57,642 nt of DNA. It comes from Octopus bimaculoides. Lineage: Eukaryota. Below are positions 1 through 12,679 of this stretch, piece after piece; within the stretch, counting starts at the first letter, position 1, and every line of letters begins with the position of its first letter. The translations under genes were made by a program, and so were the position numbers. The stretch is taken from contig NC_068994.1 in the NCBI RefSeq assembly GCF_001194135.2, positions 34,542,178 to 34,599,819 of the forward strand, read 5' to 3'. The notes under the pieces are model-generated. The model worked only from the letters and a program-made list of their open reading frames with translations. It was not told the DNA's origin and searched no databases.

Positions 1-62
<62 letters not shown>

Positions 63-83
63 ACACACACAAAAAAAAGAACA

Positions 84-330
84 AGTACTTCTTTGTCAAG
101 CCATGCCAGGCTTATGAGGGCCAGTTTCCCATTTTCAATGATGTATATATTCCCCACCTGGATGGGACACTGGTCCATCGCAGGATTACTCATTTTTGCC
201 AGCCGAGTGGACTGGAGCAATGTGAAATGAAGTGTTTTCTCAAGAACACATGTCACCCAGCCCAGGAATCGAAACCACAATCTTACGATCATGAGTCCAA
301 CATCCTAACCACTAAGCCACACACCTCCAC
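84..330 (-). mobile_element. tRNA-derived SINE, family C (my label)
   Basis: Minus strand begins gtggaggtgtgtggcttagtggttagg (A-box-like) ... ggtttcgattcc (B-box-like), then ttgctccagtccactc and gatggaccagtg body motifs. Related copies at ~800-1010, 6230-6430, 7835-8082, 10978-11465, 29680-29850 and 54030-54255. Confidence 0.8.
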
Positions 331-1659
331 ATATGCATTTGCATATAAGGATGTATATACAAACACGTGCACACAGATTCACATGTAAGACTGTGTGTGA
401 GTAGAATATACACATATGTTGATTTTTGTCAAATGAATAAGATAAAATGAGATCTCAATACATATTATAAAGAATATGGTTTTATATAAACTAAATGTTT
501 GTCTTACAACTCAAGTCTCATGCCAGCATGATCCCCAGGCAAGAACTGCAGTTTGCTGGTATATGTTCTTTTATATTACTCAGTATGAACTTGTTCATTT
601 CTTTTTCATTTTGTTTGGATTGGTTTGAGTGTCTTATCTGTATCTTAATGGTTTATAATCATTTGTTTCATCATATTTATTAGTTAGTAAGATGATTTTT
701 GCCTTCATATTTGTTGTTTTAACTTATTTCTTTATTAAGCTTATTTGTATTATTGAGAATTTTATGATTATGAAGCATGTGCTGTCAAGAAGGTTCATGA
801 CCTAGTGGTTAGGATATTGAGTTCACTATGATTAGATCATGTGTTTGGCTCCTGAAGCAGACATTGTGTTGTGTTATTGAGTAAAACACTTCATTTCACA
901 TTACTCCAGTCTACCTTACTGAAATGAGTACCAACTGTCACATTCTTGGTGTTTTCTCACCCCCTAAGACTCATAGGGCTAGTTACCCTGTTTCCATGGC
1001 ATATAAAAAACCAGGATTACAGCATTCCCCTGAATGGGACATTGACCAATTTCAGGGTTGGAGCTAGTTCTTGCCTGGTACTTTATTTGGTGAATGCAAA
1101 AAGGATGAACAGCAAAGCTAACTTTGGCAACATTTGAACTCAAATGTAAAGAGCAGGAAGAAATGACACTACACATTTTGCCTGATGTGCTAACAGTTTT
1201 GCTAATTCACTGCCTTATGATATGAATAACGATCTCATCCTTTTAAATCTACATCAAAGACAGACATTCTCTCATACAATCCTACCCATTGATGGGGAGA
1301 AATAATTTGGAAGGATATTATTTCTAGCAAACTAATCTATGATCATATATAGGTTCCAATAATGATTCAATTTAAAACCAATAGCAGTGATTTGGTGGAG
1401 ATTTAACTATTATTTCTAGAATGTCAAGCAATGACATATAGGTTCTCTCGGTTTTAGATACCACAATGGCTCATAATACAAGCAAGACTTGACATCTGAT
1501 TATATATGGAGAGGGACATAGATTTTGTTTCATTTCTTGACATTTTCCTTTGTAATGAGGGCATGAATTACCTTTTAATATACATAAGGAGCAAACTATA
1601 TATATTAAATGCAACTACCTTGATTTCTTCTTCTGTTTACACCTATTATATATGTATGT

Positions 1660-1833
1660 GTACAGGAATGGTTGTGTGGTAAAAAAAAGCTTGGGTTCAT
1701 TCCCATAGTCCAACTGCACAGCAACTTGGGCAAGTGTCTTTTACTGTAGCTCCAGGCTGACCAAAGCCTTATGAATGGATTTGAAAGACAGACTGAGAGA
1801 AGCCTATTATGTATACATCCATACATTACATAC

Positions 1834-1873
<40 letters not shown>
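1660..1873 (+). mobile_element. SINE family A head running into a (TACA)n/(TA)n tract
   Basis: caggaatggttgtgtggtaa...cttgggcaagtgtcttttactgtagc...gaccaaagcctt matches the head of the fuller copies at 24590-24965 and 26098-26505. Confidence 0.7.
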
Positions 1874-2203
1874 NNNNNNNNNNNNNNNNNNNNNNNNNNN
1901 NNNNNNNNNNNNNNNNNNNNNNNNNNNNNNNNNNNNNNNNNNNNNNNNNNNNNNNNNNNNNNNNNNNNNNNNNNNNNNNNNNNNNNNNNNNNNNNNNNNN
2001 NNNNNNNNNNNNNNNNNNNNNNNNNNNNNNNTATATATGCATGTGAATGTATGTCTTTATACAAGAGCATGTACATGCAATTAAAGGCACTACTATGTTT
2101 GAGTATTAATGTATAATAAATTACAAACACAAACAAGCAAATAATTCTTCTTTTTTTTTTATTTTTATTTCTATCATTAACAACAACGTTTCTTGCCTGC
2201 AAG

Positions 2204-2270
2204 CCTGTGTGAATAAATGACTAAAGACCAATGCAATATAAAGAACCAAAATGTAATTCAATTCCATTGT
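2204..2270 (+). other. Candidate short exon (unassigned)
   Basis: T-rich tract, attaac branch-like motif and AG at 2202-2203. GTAAGT donor at 2271. All frames from the acceptor hit a stop; an internal ATG gives MTKDQCNIKNQNVIQFHC. Confidence 0.25.
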
Positions 2271-2417
2271 GTAAGTTTTCAGGCCCCATAAGCTAATGAA
2301 TAAATATCAATGAAGCAGTGTAATATTACAGACTAAATTCATTTGTAAACATTAAATCTGCCAACTTAGTAAATATAATAATTGTGTTGGACATAACAAT
2401 ACTACTCTGTCCTTCAG

Positions 2418-2504
2418 GATAAATGTGCACCTGCAACAGTGGCAGCAACAGTGGCAGCAACAGTAATAGCAGCAGATGCAACTTGAAAGCCTATATAAGA
2501 CAAT
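2418..2504 (+). other. Candidate 87-nt exon with a (GCAACAGTG)-type microrepeat
   Basis: ctctgtccttcag acceptor and GTAAGA donor at 2505. ATG at 2423 gives MCTCNSGSNSGSNSNSSRCNLKAYIRQ ending in phase 1. No homology recognised. Confidence 0.25.
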
Positions 2505-2766
2505 GTAAGAGAATGTAAAGAGGAAACCTGCATATTAGCTTAAAATATTTCTGATAGAAGGAATACACAACTAGAATAATTCCAAAAGTTGATGAGAAAA
2601 CAGAAGCAAACATTTATAGATATAATATGCATGCTCGAACTCACAAATGCCTTATACATGTATATATGTGTTATATGCCTGTATTTTCCATACACACATA
2701 TGCATTATATATATATATCGCTAATAAAGAATTATCCAAAATTCTGACTGCTCCCTTTTTTTCAAT

Positions 2767-2817
<51 letters not shown>

Positions 2818-2899
2818 NNNNNNNNNNNNNNNNNNNNNNNNNNNNNNNNNNNNNNNNNNNNNNNNNNNNNNNNNNNNNNNNNNNNNNNNNNNNNNNNNN

Positions 2900-2956
<57 letters not shown>

Positions 2957-3479
2957 GTATGTGTATATATATATATAAAGAGTTTGACCAAAGCACACAC
3001 TAGGATGTACACACATGCATATACACACACTAAGATAACTCACCTCCATGGCTTTATCCTTCACTGAAAGAAAACAGACCATTGATTACAGCTATATATA
3101 TATATATACCTACACCCCTGGAAAAAAAATATACATATGACACCGCCACACATACCACACACCCCATCCCTACAGGAGCACCACATTAAGAGTTATACAT
3201 ACTTTCTCCACTTCAAAATAACTCTTGCCAGCTTCATAGCATACCCAACTAAGGGACATTGGTCCTAAACTGATCCCCTGGCTCCTTTTTCGCTCCACCA
3301 CCTTTTTCACAGCAACTGATGATCAGTTGTGCCAATCCACCTCTGACAATAGAGAGCAGTCACCATATTCCCTTCCTTATTGGCTAATCCTGATGAGTGT
3401 AAAGTTAATCAGTTCATTACCTAACACTCCATTGTATTTTTTGATGCAAACTGATTGGTAAGACCAGCTGTGATGGATA

Positions 3480-3955
3480 TTTAATACTATATATTTCAGA
3501 TAATATATATATAAATAATATATAAATATATGCATATATACATACATATATGTACATACCTACATATATATGTATATATACATGCATATATGCGTACAGG
3601 ACATCAAAAAAACGTAGACAAAATGAGAAACGAGAACATAAAAAACAAAAACATAGAAAATGAACATTTTTTCGAACAACGAAAGAAACAAACAGAGAAA
3701 CGAGACAGGCAACATAAAGAACATTCCCTTCATCAGTTGTCCCCTGTTTTATCTACTCTGAATTTCGAAGGTAGGGACAAGATGCGACTTCATTAAAACA
3801 GTCCTTCCTGCAAAACAGATTAAATAAAATTTGGGATTTTTTGCAGAGGGTTAAAGTGGTAACAAAAACAGGACAGTACATATATATATGTATATATTTA
3901 TATATTATTTATATTATTATATGATCAAACGACATGCATCCATTTCCAAGTATAT
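3480..3955 (-). repeat. Interspersed repeat family (class uncertain)
   Basis: Shares aaccctctgcaaaaaatcccaaatt, tctttatgttgcctgtctcgtttctctgtttg and tttttgatgtcctgtac blocks with 18020-18655 (opposite strand) and 54340-54560. Confidence 0.7.
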
Positions 3956-5103
3956 ATATATATATGTATACATATATGCATGCGCACACTTACCAAATTC
4001 ACTTACAAGACTAACCAAAGTCTCATGAGTGAATTTGGTGGACAGAAACAAAAAAATGTTTGATATATATATGTGTGTGTGTGTTTTCTTGTCTTGACCT
4101 CACATGATTGTTGTAGATAAATGTCATATCTTTCAAGTATTCAGTGCAAACTTGTGTGGCCATGGGGAAATATTTCCTTGCTTGGAAACAGGTAAAGATT
4201 GATGACAGGAAGGATATCAGGCTGTAGAATATCTGCATCAATAAACTCTGACCTATGCAAGCATTGAAAAGTGGATGTTATAATGCATGATGTTTCTACT
4301 GCTAATGCATGTGTGTGCATGAAGGTAGATGACAATATGGAATAGGTACTTGAAAAAAGGAGCCTGAAGTATGTTGAACTTATGGAATCATATAAAGCAT
4401 GGAGATAGCACAATAACTGCCTCCAGTAGAAGTATGATTTCATAAATTTCATACCTAATTAGAAACTCAGCCCAACTTAGCTGGCATAGGACTTAGAAAG
4501 GATAGCTGAGCTGTACTATTTAAACTGATCTTAAGGGCAAAGCAGCTGGGCTGTTTCTAAAAGAAAAAAATTCTCAAGCAATGATGATGTCTCAAACAAA
4601 ATATATAATCACTGTTCTGGTGTTTACAGTGTGTTAGTAGGCTTAGTATTGTGGATGTGGGTGGGAACACAATGAAAAACTATTGCCTATCTGTGAGCCA
4701 GTATTATGTCCTCCCCTTAGAAGGAGAGGGCATAATCGATTAATCATTTCTGTTCTGGTAGTTGAATGTAAAGTGTTTTATAGATTGCCATGCCATTAAA
4801 AAAAATGTCACAGTTTCTAGTACTGAATGAGCTCATACACATCTCAGTTCAGAAAGCCTTGATCTTCAAATTCTTATGATGCCTTACATATGCTCTGATG
4901 ATCTAAAGTTTTTGTTAGGCTAAGAAGAGAAGAAAGAACCTTCAGCTTGTCTGTCTTGACCTAGCAAATACACATTAACCGTTTTTCAATGTATTGCTAC
5001 ACAAAACATTTATTGCTTTGTTTTTAAACATTCTAAGATGTGTAGGGAAGCTTCCAAAGCAGTACTTTGGGTCTGATAGGTTTGACTTGTATGCCAGAAA
5101 ATA

Positions 5104-5144
<41 letters not shown>

Positions 5145-7064
5145 TGTGTGCGTGTGTGTTTGCGCGCGCGCGCACACACACTATATTCTGGCATACAATC
5201 AAACTTTCCAGACCAAAATTTATGGCCCCCAAAAGTTAAGTTGGCTTATATACACTGAGACAATTTTGAAGGACCAAACATTTCGTGTGAAATACAGCAG
5301 GATTTGAAGAGATAGTGATGATGACATACTTCATTGACTTCCATGCTAGAAAGTGCATTTTATATAAATATATACATACATATATATATATATATATACA
5401 TGCATACATACATTGTTCAATAAGTCCTTCCATTTTTATGATTTATGAGAGATTTGGCTATAATTTCTTGCAAGTCAAGTGACTAAGAATGGCTCCACTG
5501 GTGAATCATGTCAGGGTGGTTGACCAATTATATGAAAATTTTAGCATGATGCAGGAATTACATTTTATGGTTTATGATAGAATCCACAACAAACCACAGG
5601 AACTTAGCATTATTTTTGTGTATTACACGAAAGATGTTTGAGATGCAGTTTGAATACCAGTCTTAGGTTCATTGTTTCTGTTGAACAGCAGTTCATAGAA
5701 TTTGTTGCTTTTAGGAAATATTTATTGATTAGAATGAGGAATTCACTTGCTATAATATAAGTCTTGGTTTTTATATCAATGTTGAATAATGAACCATATC
5801 GCATCTATGCAATAAACTACAGCACACAAAATGTTTAGCTGCTTACTTTATATACATTTCCCAACTCATCTACAATTCAATCTGTTATTAATTGTCGTTA
5901 AAGGCTTAAGTAATATGTAACTGCATCAGTCTTACATAGGCACATGTATTTTGATTTGAAGCAGAGGCCAGTGCTTTTAACAGCTGAAGTATTTACTGGA
6001 AACATGCCATGTTTATTGGTTATGTTTTTTTAAATAGTAAATCATACCAGAGGAGTTTTATAGCTGGATTCCAATTATGCAAGTAAATGTATACATGTTT
6101 GTATTGTTTGCTTACTAATGTCTCATGAGGGAATTTGGTTGATGGAAAATGTATGGAAGTCTATGGTGTGTGTGTGTGTATACATGCTGGTGCCATGTAA
6201 AAAGCACTGGTGCTGGTGCCACATAAAATATGTCATCAATGTTATCCATGAGAAAGGCAAAGGCCAATACAGCTTGGCACCAATGACACCGCAACTCATT
6301 TCTACAGCTGAGTGAACTGAAGCAATGTGAAATAAAGTGTCTTGCTCAAGAACACAACACATTGTCTGGTCCAGGAATCGAATTTGCTACTTTATGACTG
6401 TGAACCTGATGCTCTAATCCCTGAGCTGTGTGCATGGATGGATGGATGGATGAATAGATGGATAGATGGATGGATGAATGAATGGATAGATGGGTGTGTG
6501 TGTGTTTGTCCCTCACCACCTCTTGACAAACAATGCTGGTTTGTTTGCATCTCCATAGCTTAGCGGTTTGGTGAAAGAGACCAACAGAATAAGTACCAGA
6601 CTTTAAAGTAAGTACTAAAGTTGATTTGTTTTGACTAAACTCTTCAAGGCTGTGCTCCAGTATGGCCACAGTCCAAAGATTGAAACAAGTAAGAGATAAA
6701 AGATAGCAAGAGATAGCATAAAGACAGCATAAATTGTATTTATATTCAATTTAATTGTTTTACAGTAATATGCATTAAGTTGCTTTATTAGAAATCATAT
6801 TAAATTTTATTAATTTCGACTCATATTGTTCATTACTGAATAATTTTGATTTGTATTGTCTGAGTTGAAATTTGAATATGGAAGAGATATAATTGCAGGT
6901 GTAGCCATGTGATAAGAAGTTTTCTTCCCAACAACACACGGTTTCAGGTTCAGTCCCACTGCAAAGCATCTTCTACTGTAGCCCCAGGTTGACCAAAGCC
7001 ATGTAGTAGATTTGGCAGATGGAAACTGAAAGAAACCTCTTATATATGTGAATGTGTTGCCTTG

Positions 7065-7292
7065 ACTTCATGTGACATTAGCATGCTGGGTGAAATGCTT
7101 AGTGGTATTTTGTCTGCTGTTACATTCAAATTCTGCCAAGGTCAGCCTTGCCTTTCATCTTTTCGGGGTCAATTAAATAATTACCGGTTACGCACTGGGG
7201 TCGATGTAATCGACCTAATCTCTTTGTCTGTTCTTGTTTGTCTCCTCTATGTTTAGCCGCCTGTGGGCAATAAAGAAATAAATATAAATAAG
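7065..7292 (+). mobile_element. SINE family B
   Basis: Matches the young copy at 11062-11302: ttcaaattctgccaaggtcagccttgcctttcatc...ggggtcgatgtaatcgac...gtgggcaataaagaaata tail. Confidence 0.75.
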
Positions 7293-7737
7293 TGTCACCA
7301 TTATGGAAGTGGTGTCCTTCACTTACAATTTTCATGAAAGAGTGTTTGGTCATGGAGAAATGTTACCTTGCTTGACAACAAGTATAGGCTACTGACAGGG
7401 AAAAGCAGTAAAAATCTACCTCAACAAATTCCATCTGACACATGTAAACATGGAGAAATGGACATTAGTTTGATGCTGAGAAAGGAATGTTCACTATCTG
7501 AACACATTTATTCTTACTGATGATACTAAAATCTCTGATTCCACCCCAAAAAAAAAAAAAAAAAAAAATGATGATTGCAGTTGTAATGTTTATTCATACC
7601 AATAATCTAATTCTGATTTCTCACTAACCTGACAATTGAAATCTGAATATTTTAGCATATGCATAAATAACAAAATAGATTGGAACTGTTTTGTTTTGGT
7701 TTTGCTAAATTCCTATTCTTGACTGTTTTTTCATTCG

Positions 7738-8420
7738 CTATCCTCTGATGCATCTGGACACATCATCAGTGATGTTTCTTGGGATCATTAGGCACTCCAG
7801 GCCTTTCAACATCTAGCAGCCTTACCCAAGTGACACATATGGCTTAGTGGTTAGGGGTGTTGGGGTCATAATTGTAAGATTGTGGTTTCAATTCCTGGAC
7901 CATGCAACAAATTGTGTTCTTGAACAAATCACTTAATAACATATTGCTCCAGTCCACTCAGGTGGCAAAAATGAGTAATCCTATGACACTCCAGCATCCT
8001 TTCCACTGAGGAAATATATGTACAACTGAAACTGAGAAACCCACCCTATGAGTCTATATGACTCGTGAAGGATCGTTTATTGAGGTGACCTAACCAGGGT
8101 TGATCAGGCCCTAGCTTATAGCCAGTTACTACTACCTTTGGTAGCAATGCTCTTCCCAACACCTTCTGAACTACAACCACCTTGAAGTAACTTCTAATGC
8201 TTCTACATCCAATTTGATGATCTTCCACCTACTGGCTCCTGTGATACCGAGCTTGTTGTAAGCACTGTTGAGGGTCTGATCTGCAAACCCTTTGCATCCC
8301 ACCTCTATGATATCACACTTTGCTTGCCAACGATTGCTTTGGCATAGCTCCACCAGAATATTATATTTCCTCCTCTTACTGTCATTTGCCTCTTTGATGT
8401 GGTCTTCCCAGTCAAAAACA
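7738..8420 (-). mobile_element. 5'-truncated HERO-like non-LTR retrotransposon (RLE-domain C-terminus plus 3' UTR), interrupted by a SINE
   Basis: Translation WEDHIKEANDSKRRKYNILVELCQSNRWQAKCDIIEVGCKGFADQTL...SRWL resembles the C-terminus of RLE-clade elements (WE...K..KY...IEVGCRGF). 3' UTR motifs GGGCCTGATCAACCCTGG (8092-8112) and GATGTTGAAAG...CATCACTGATGATGTGTCC...GCATCAG (7745-7815) match HERO 3' UTRs as I recall them. Confidence 0.8.
7835..8082 (+). mobile_element. SINE family C inserted in the HERO 3' UTR
   Basis: ggcttagtggttagg head and tatgagtctatatgactc tail. Flanked by aagtgac (7828-7834) and aggtgac (8083-8089), a degenerate target duplication. Confidence 0.7.
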
Positions 8421-9378
8421 CCTTTCTGTTTTGTGTACTCACTGAACACAGCTGTTTATTAATACAGCATCTCATTCAATGTTATAGTGATCTAACCCAG
8501 TTTGATGTTTTATATCTTCTCAGTATCTGACTTTATAAGAACTGTTGTCTCAATCTTTTATTTTATATTTTTGTTACAATAAATTTTGGTTGTTAGGGAT
8601 CCAGCTTTGATTCATAGTCCAGAAATTTGTTTTTGTAATCACTTTTATTACAATGATGCTTGTTTAGCAGTTTTTCGATAGGATTATGCCAGGGATATTT
8701 TGCTCTACAGAAAGATCATTGTATCAACATAGTCACTTAGGCATCAAACAAAATACTTTGCAATATTTATTTTGATTCTTTACATACTGGAATAAAATTC
8801 AAACCTTGCCAAGGTGAACTTTGCCTTTCATTCTTTTGGTGGTTGTTAAAACAAAGTACCAGTCTAGAGTGCATGAGTCAGTGTAATTAATACGCACCAA
8901 TATTGCAGGCCTCATACCTAAATTGGAAGCAATTTCACTTGCAATACTGTCTATTATGAAGTTCCAATAAGTTTCGTTGCCACATACAACTTGATCAAAT
9001 TAACAGTTCCACTGTAACGGAATTGGAAATTGCATCTGTAACTTGTAAGGTGCAGAAATACAAAAGCTAAAAGAAAAAATTTTCCTGACAATTCATAATA
9101 AACAATCATCATCATTTAATGTCCACTTTCCATTTAATGTCCACTTTGCATAGATAAGATGGCATTTGTGGAGACAGATTTTCTATAGCAGGATGGTTTT
9201 CCTGTCCCCAACCCTCACTTGTTTCTAAACAAGATCATATTTCCCCAATGGCTGGACATGTTTTTCACAAGAGACTGTAAAACATTGTGTGTATGCTGAT
9301 GATACTTATTTACAACTATCACATGATATCTAAATGAGCATACATATAAATACATATACAGAAAAGAATATACATACA

Positions 9379-9414
<36 letters not shown>

Positions 9415-10865
9415 AAATAACAAAGGTGGCTATATGCAATATAAAACCAAAATGGAAAAATTCAACTGTCACTAATTGTGACTAATGGTGAAGTGTAGCA
9501 CCTACATTGCTAGAAATAAAAGTTAAAAGACCCTTAGTCACTAGGAAGTACAATTCCATACAGTGACAGGAGAGATAACTAACCCACAGTGAGCAAGATC
9601 TCTATACTAGTCTAGTTTCACTTAAAATTAAAGCACATCAGTAGTGATTACTCTATTGCTGGATGGTTTGACTAAATCCCAACTGTCAGTATTTAGTATT
9701 TACCATATGAATCTACAGTTGATTCAGCAAAATGGTAATGTGAAAATTATAACATAATCACGGCAGCTATATGCAATATAAAACCAAAAAGGAAAAATTC
9801 AGTTGTCTTAAACACATAGATAAGCACAACAGATTCCTTTCTTTCAGTTTCTGTTCACCAAATCCACTCATAAAGCTTTGTGGTCAGTCATCCAGGGCTA
9901 TAGCAGAAGGCACTTACTCAAAGTGCGACACAATAGGACTGAACTAGAGACAGCATAGTAGGGAAGCAACCACACACACCCAAGCCTGCCTGCATCTATC
10001 ATTAACAAATAAAAACTATTAACATTAAATAAATGGCATGTATATATATGACAGGGTTCTTGTGTTTTTGTGTGTACTTAAATTGCTAACATGGCTCTTC
10101 CTAATGTAATTGCTTTAATTTCAACCTACGATTTCAGATCATGTTACTAGCCAAACAAGTACAACGTCTGAAATTTATTTGTATGTTCATTCATTAATCA
10201 TGTTCTTGTTTTTCCCTTCTTTTTTTGTTTTTTTGGGCTTATTTTGTTTTATTTTCTGCCATCCTTGCATGCATTTGGATGGAAATTTGTTTGATACAGG
10301 ATTTTAACCAACCTGCATCTCTCTCATTCTTCATTCTTTTTGTCTTTCAAATAAGGGAGATAATTATTCCACATGTCCTTGAAAGAAATGCCAACATCAG
10401 TACCACTTCACCCAAATGTTAACAAGTATGCAATACACACACACACATGCATGCACACACACATATGCAGACACACACACACACATGCACATACATATAT
10501 TGCTTTCGAATTTTGGCACAAGGCCAGCATTTTCAGGAGAGGGTGTAAGTTGATTACTCAACTGGTATTTATTTTATAAACCCTAAAAGGAAGAAAGGCA
10601 AAGTCAACCTCAGCAGAATTTGAACTCAGAACATAAAGACAGACTGTCGTTGACTCCTGTGCAGGTGACACACTAAGCATTTTGTCTGACAATGGTAATC
10701 ATTCTGATAGTTCACTGCCTTCACACACACATATATTATTAATGTTCGTTTTTATGTCAAGTTATATATAAAAACAATTTATCATCAAACTAAAGAATTA
10801 CTCACTACATTTTTTTGTAGAGTACATACTTATGAAATTTTTAAAGGAAGTCACTTGGAAGTTTT

Positions 10866-10910
10866 AACCTGCTAGCCTCCATTGGATAGTCCAACGAAAG
10901 CTAGCAGGCT
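10866..10910 (-). other. 21-bp hairpin with a 3-nt loop, fully paired as minus-strand RNA
   Basis: Minus strand agccugcuagcuuucguugga-cua-uccaauggaggcuagcagguu has 17 Watson-Crick and 4 G-U pairs. On the plus strand those four positions are C/A mismatches. Confidence 0.5.
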
Positions 10911-10977
10911 GAGATTTTGCAGTCATTATCACCCGACTTCTTGTATGAAAATATATGTCAAACAAAAATCAAGTGTC

Positions 10978-11465
10978 TTAAAAGTCCTTCCTGAGCCATA
11001 GGCTCATAAGCTCAGTTTCTCAAATTCTGTGTGTATATATTTCCCTGCTAGATGGGATACTTATTTCTTTATTGCCCACAAGGGGCTAAACATAGAGGGG
11101 ACAAACAAGGCCAGACAAAGGGATTAAGTCAATTACATCGACCCCAGTGCGTAAGCATAACTGGTACTTAATTTATCGACCCCGAAAGGATGAAAGGCAA
11201 AGTCGACCTCATCGGAATTTGAACTCAGAACGTAACGGCAGACGAAATACTGCTAAGCATTTTGCCCGGCGTGCTAACGTTTCTGCCAGCTCGCCCTGCA
11301 ATATGGGATACTGGTCTGTCTTTTGATTTTTTTTACCATTCAACTTGAAGAATGTGAAATGAAGAGTTTTGCTCAAGAACACAATGCATTACCCAGTCTA
11401 TAGATGAAAACAACAATCTTAGGATCATGAGTCCAGTACCCTAACCACTAAGTCACACACCTCCT
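10978..11465 (-). mobile_element. Older SINE family C copy split by a younger family B insertion
   Basis: C-family tail at ~10980-11050 and head (ctaaccactaagtcacacacctc on plus) at ~11440-11463. Body is continuous across the insertion. Confidence 0.7.
11062..11302 (-). mobile_element. Young SINE family B copy with a 10-bp TSD
   Basis: CpG-rich. Head gggcgagctggcagaaacgttagcacgccgggc. Identical atgggatact at 11052-11061 and 11303-11312. Confidence 0.85.
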
Positions 11466-12370
11466 CATAGCACACAACACACACACACGCATCTTTTATC
11501 TTTTACCTGTTTCACTCATGAGACTGTGGCCATGCCAGGGCACCGCCTTGAAGAAATTTTAATCAATCAAGTTGGCCCCAGTTCTTAGACTATTTTTAAG
11601 CCTGGTATTTTTATTCTATCAGTTGTTTTTGCCAAACTGCTAAGTTACAGGGATATAGACACACAAACACTGATTGTCAAGCGGTGATGAGGGATAAACA
11701 AAGACACACACAAACACACACATATATGCACAATAGGCTTCCTTTAGTTTCTGTCTCCCAGATCCATTCACAATGCTTTGGCAGGCTTGAAGTTATAGTA
11801 GAAAACACTTGCCTAAGGTGCCACAGAGAGGGACTGAACCTGGAACCAACTGGTTGGAAAGCAAACTTCTCACCTTATAGCCACACAACACACACACATG
11901 TCACAAACAAATACACACACACAATGGGCTTCCAAACAGTTTCTCTCTATCAAATTCATTTACAAAGCATAGGTCAGACCATGGCTTTCATTGAAGACAC
12001 TTGCCCAAGACACAATGCAGTAAGACTGGACCTGAAACCATATGGCAGCAAAGTGAGCTTCTTATCCATGCTTATACCTATAATATCGGTTTCAAGTTTT
12101 GACACAAGGCCAGCAGTTTGTGGGAAAGTGGAAGTCAATTACATTGACTCCAGTGTCCAGTGGGTACTTTTTTTATTGACCTTGAAAAGATGAAAGGCAA
12201 AGTCAACCTCGGTACAATTTGAGAAAACCAGGACCCAAAGTAGGACGAAATGCTGCTAAGCAGTTTGCCCAGTGCAGTAACGATTTGTGCTGCCTGCTTA
12301 TGTCTATAATACTAACAGCAGTTTAGAAAATGCTCACTGGAAATCAGTGGAATTGATGAAATGCATATAT

Positions 12371-12410
<40 letters not shown>

Positions 12411-12424
12411 TATATAGGAGCCTA

Positions 12425-12640
12425 ACCAGTCATTTTCAGCTTGTGCCAGCTGCTGTTGAGACATTAAGTGTTCTTGAATCTTCTGCCAAATTCCTGCCAG
12501 GTGGAGTGGCTGCTGCAGAAGATGTCACTAACCATTCTCCATAGCGATGCCATCATGGTCATTACTGCAGAGCACGGCTGACCACACTGTTTGTTCTGGG
12601 GTATGTGGCCCATCACTCCCTCCATCTTGTGCTGCTTTTC
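12425..12640 (-). pseudogene. Decayed RTE-like LINE ORF2 C-terminal fragment
   Basis: Frameshifted reading RW.(MGH)...SVVSRALQ..P..H...GRNLAEDSRTLNVS resembles the RWRW.GH..R...RQALQWNPQG.R.RGRP..TWRR..E motif of RTE-type ends. Confidence 0.5.
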
Positions 12641-12679
12641 CCTCTTTTTTTTTTTCTTTTCCTGTTGGTGTGGACATGT

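Noticed and set aside
3391-3454. TGATGA...CTGA C/D-box snoRNA-like spacing
   Set aside because: C box lacks the leading purine, there is no clean terminal stem and no recognisable rRNA guide.
8930-9067. Strong minus-strand acceptor (ttttttcttttag) as a possible second exon for the 28943 donor
   Set aside because: All frames close within 40 codons, there is no clear donor and no homology.
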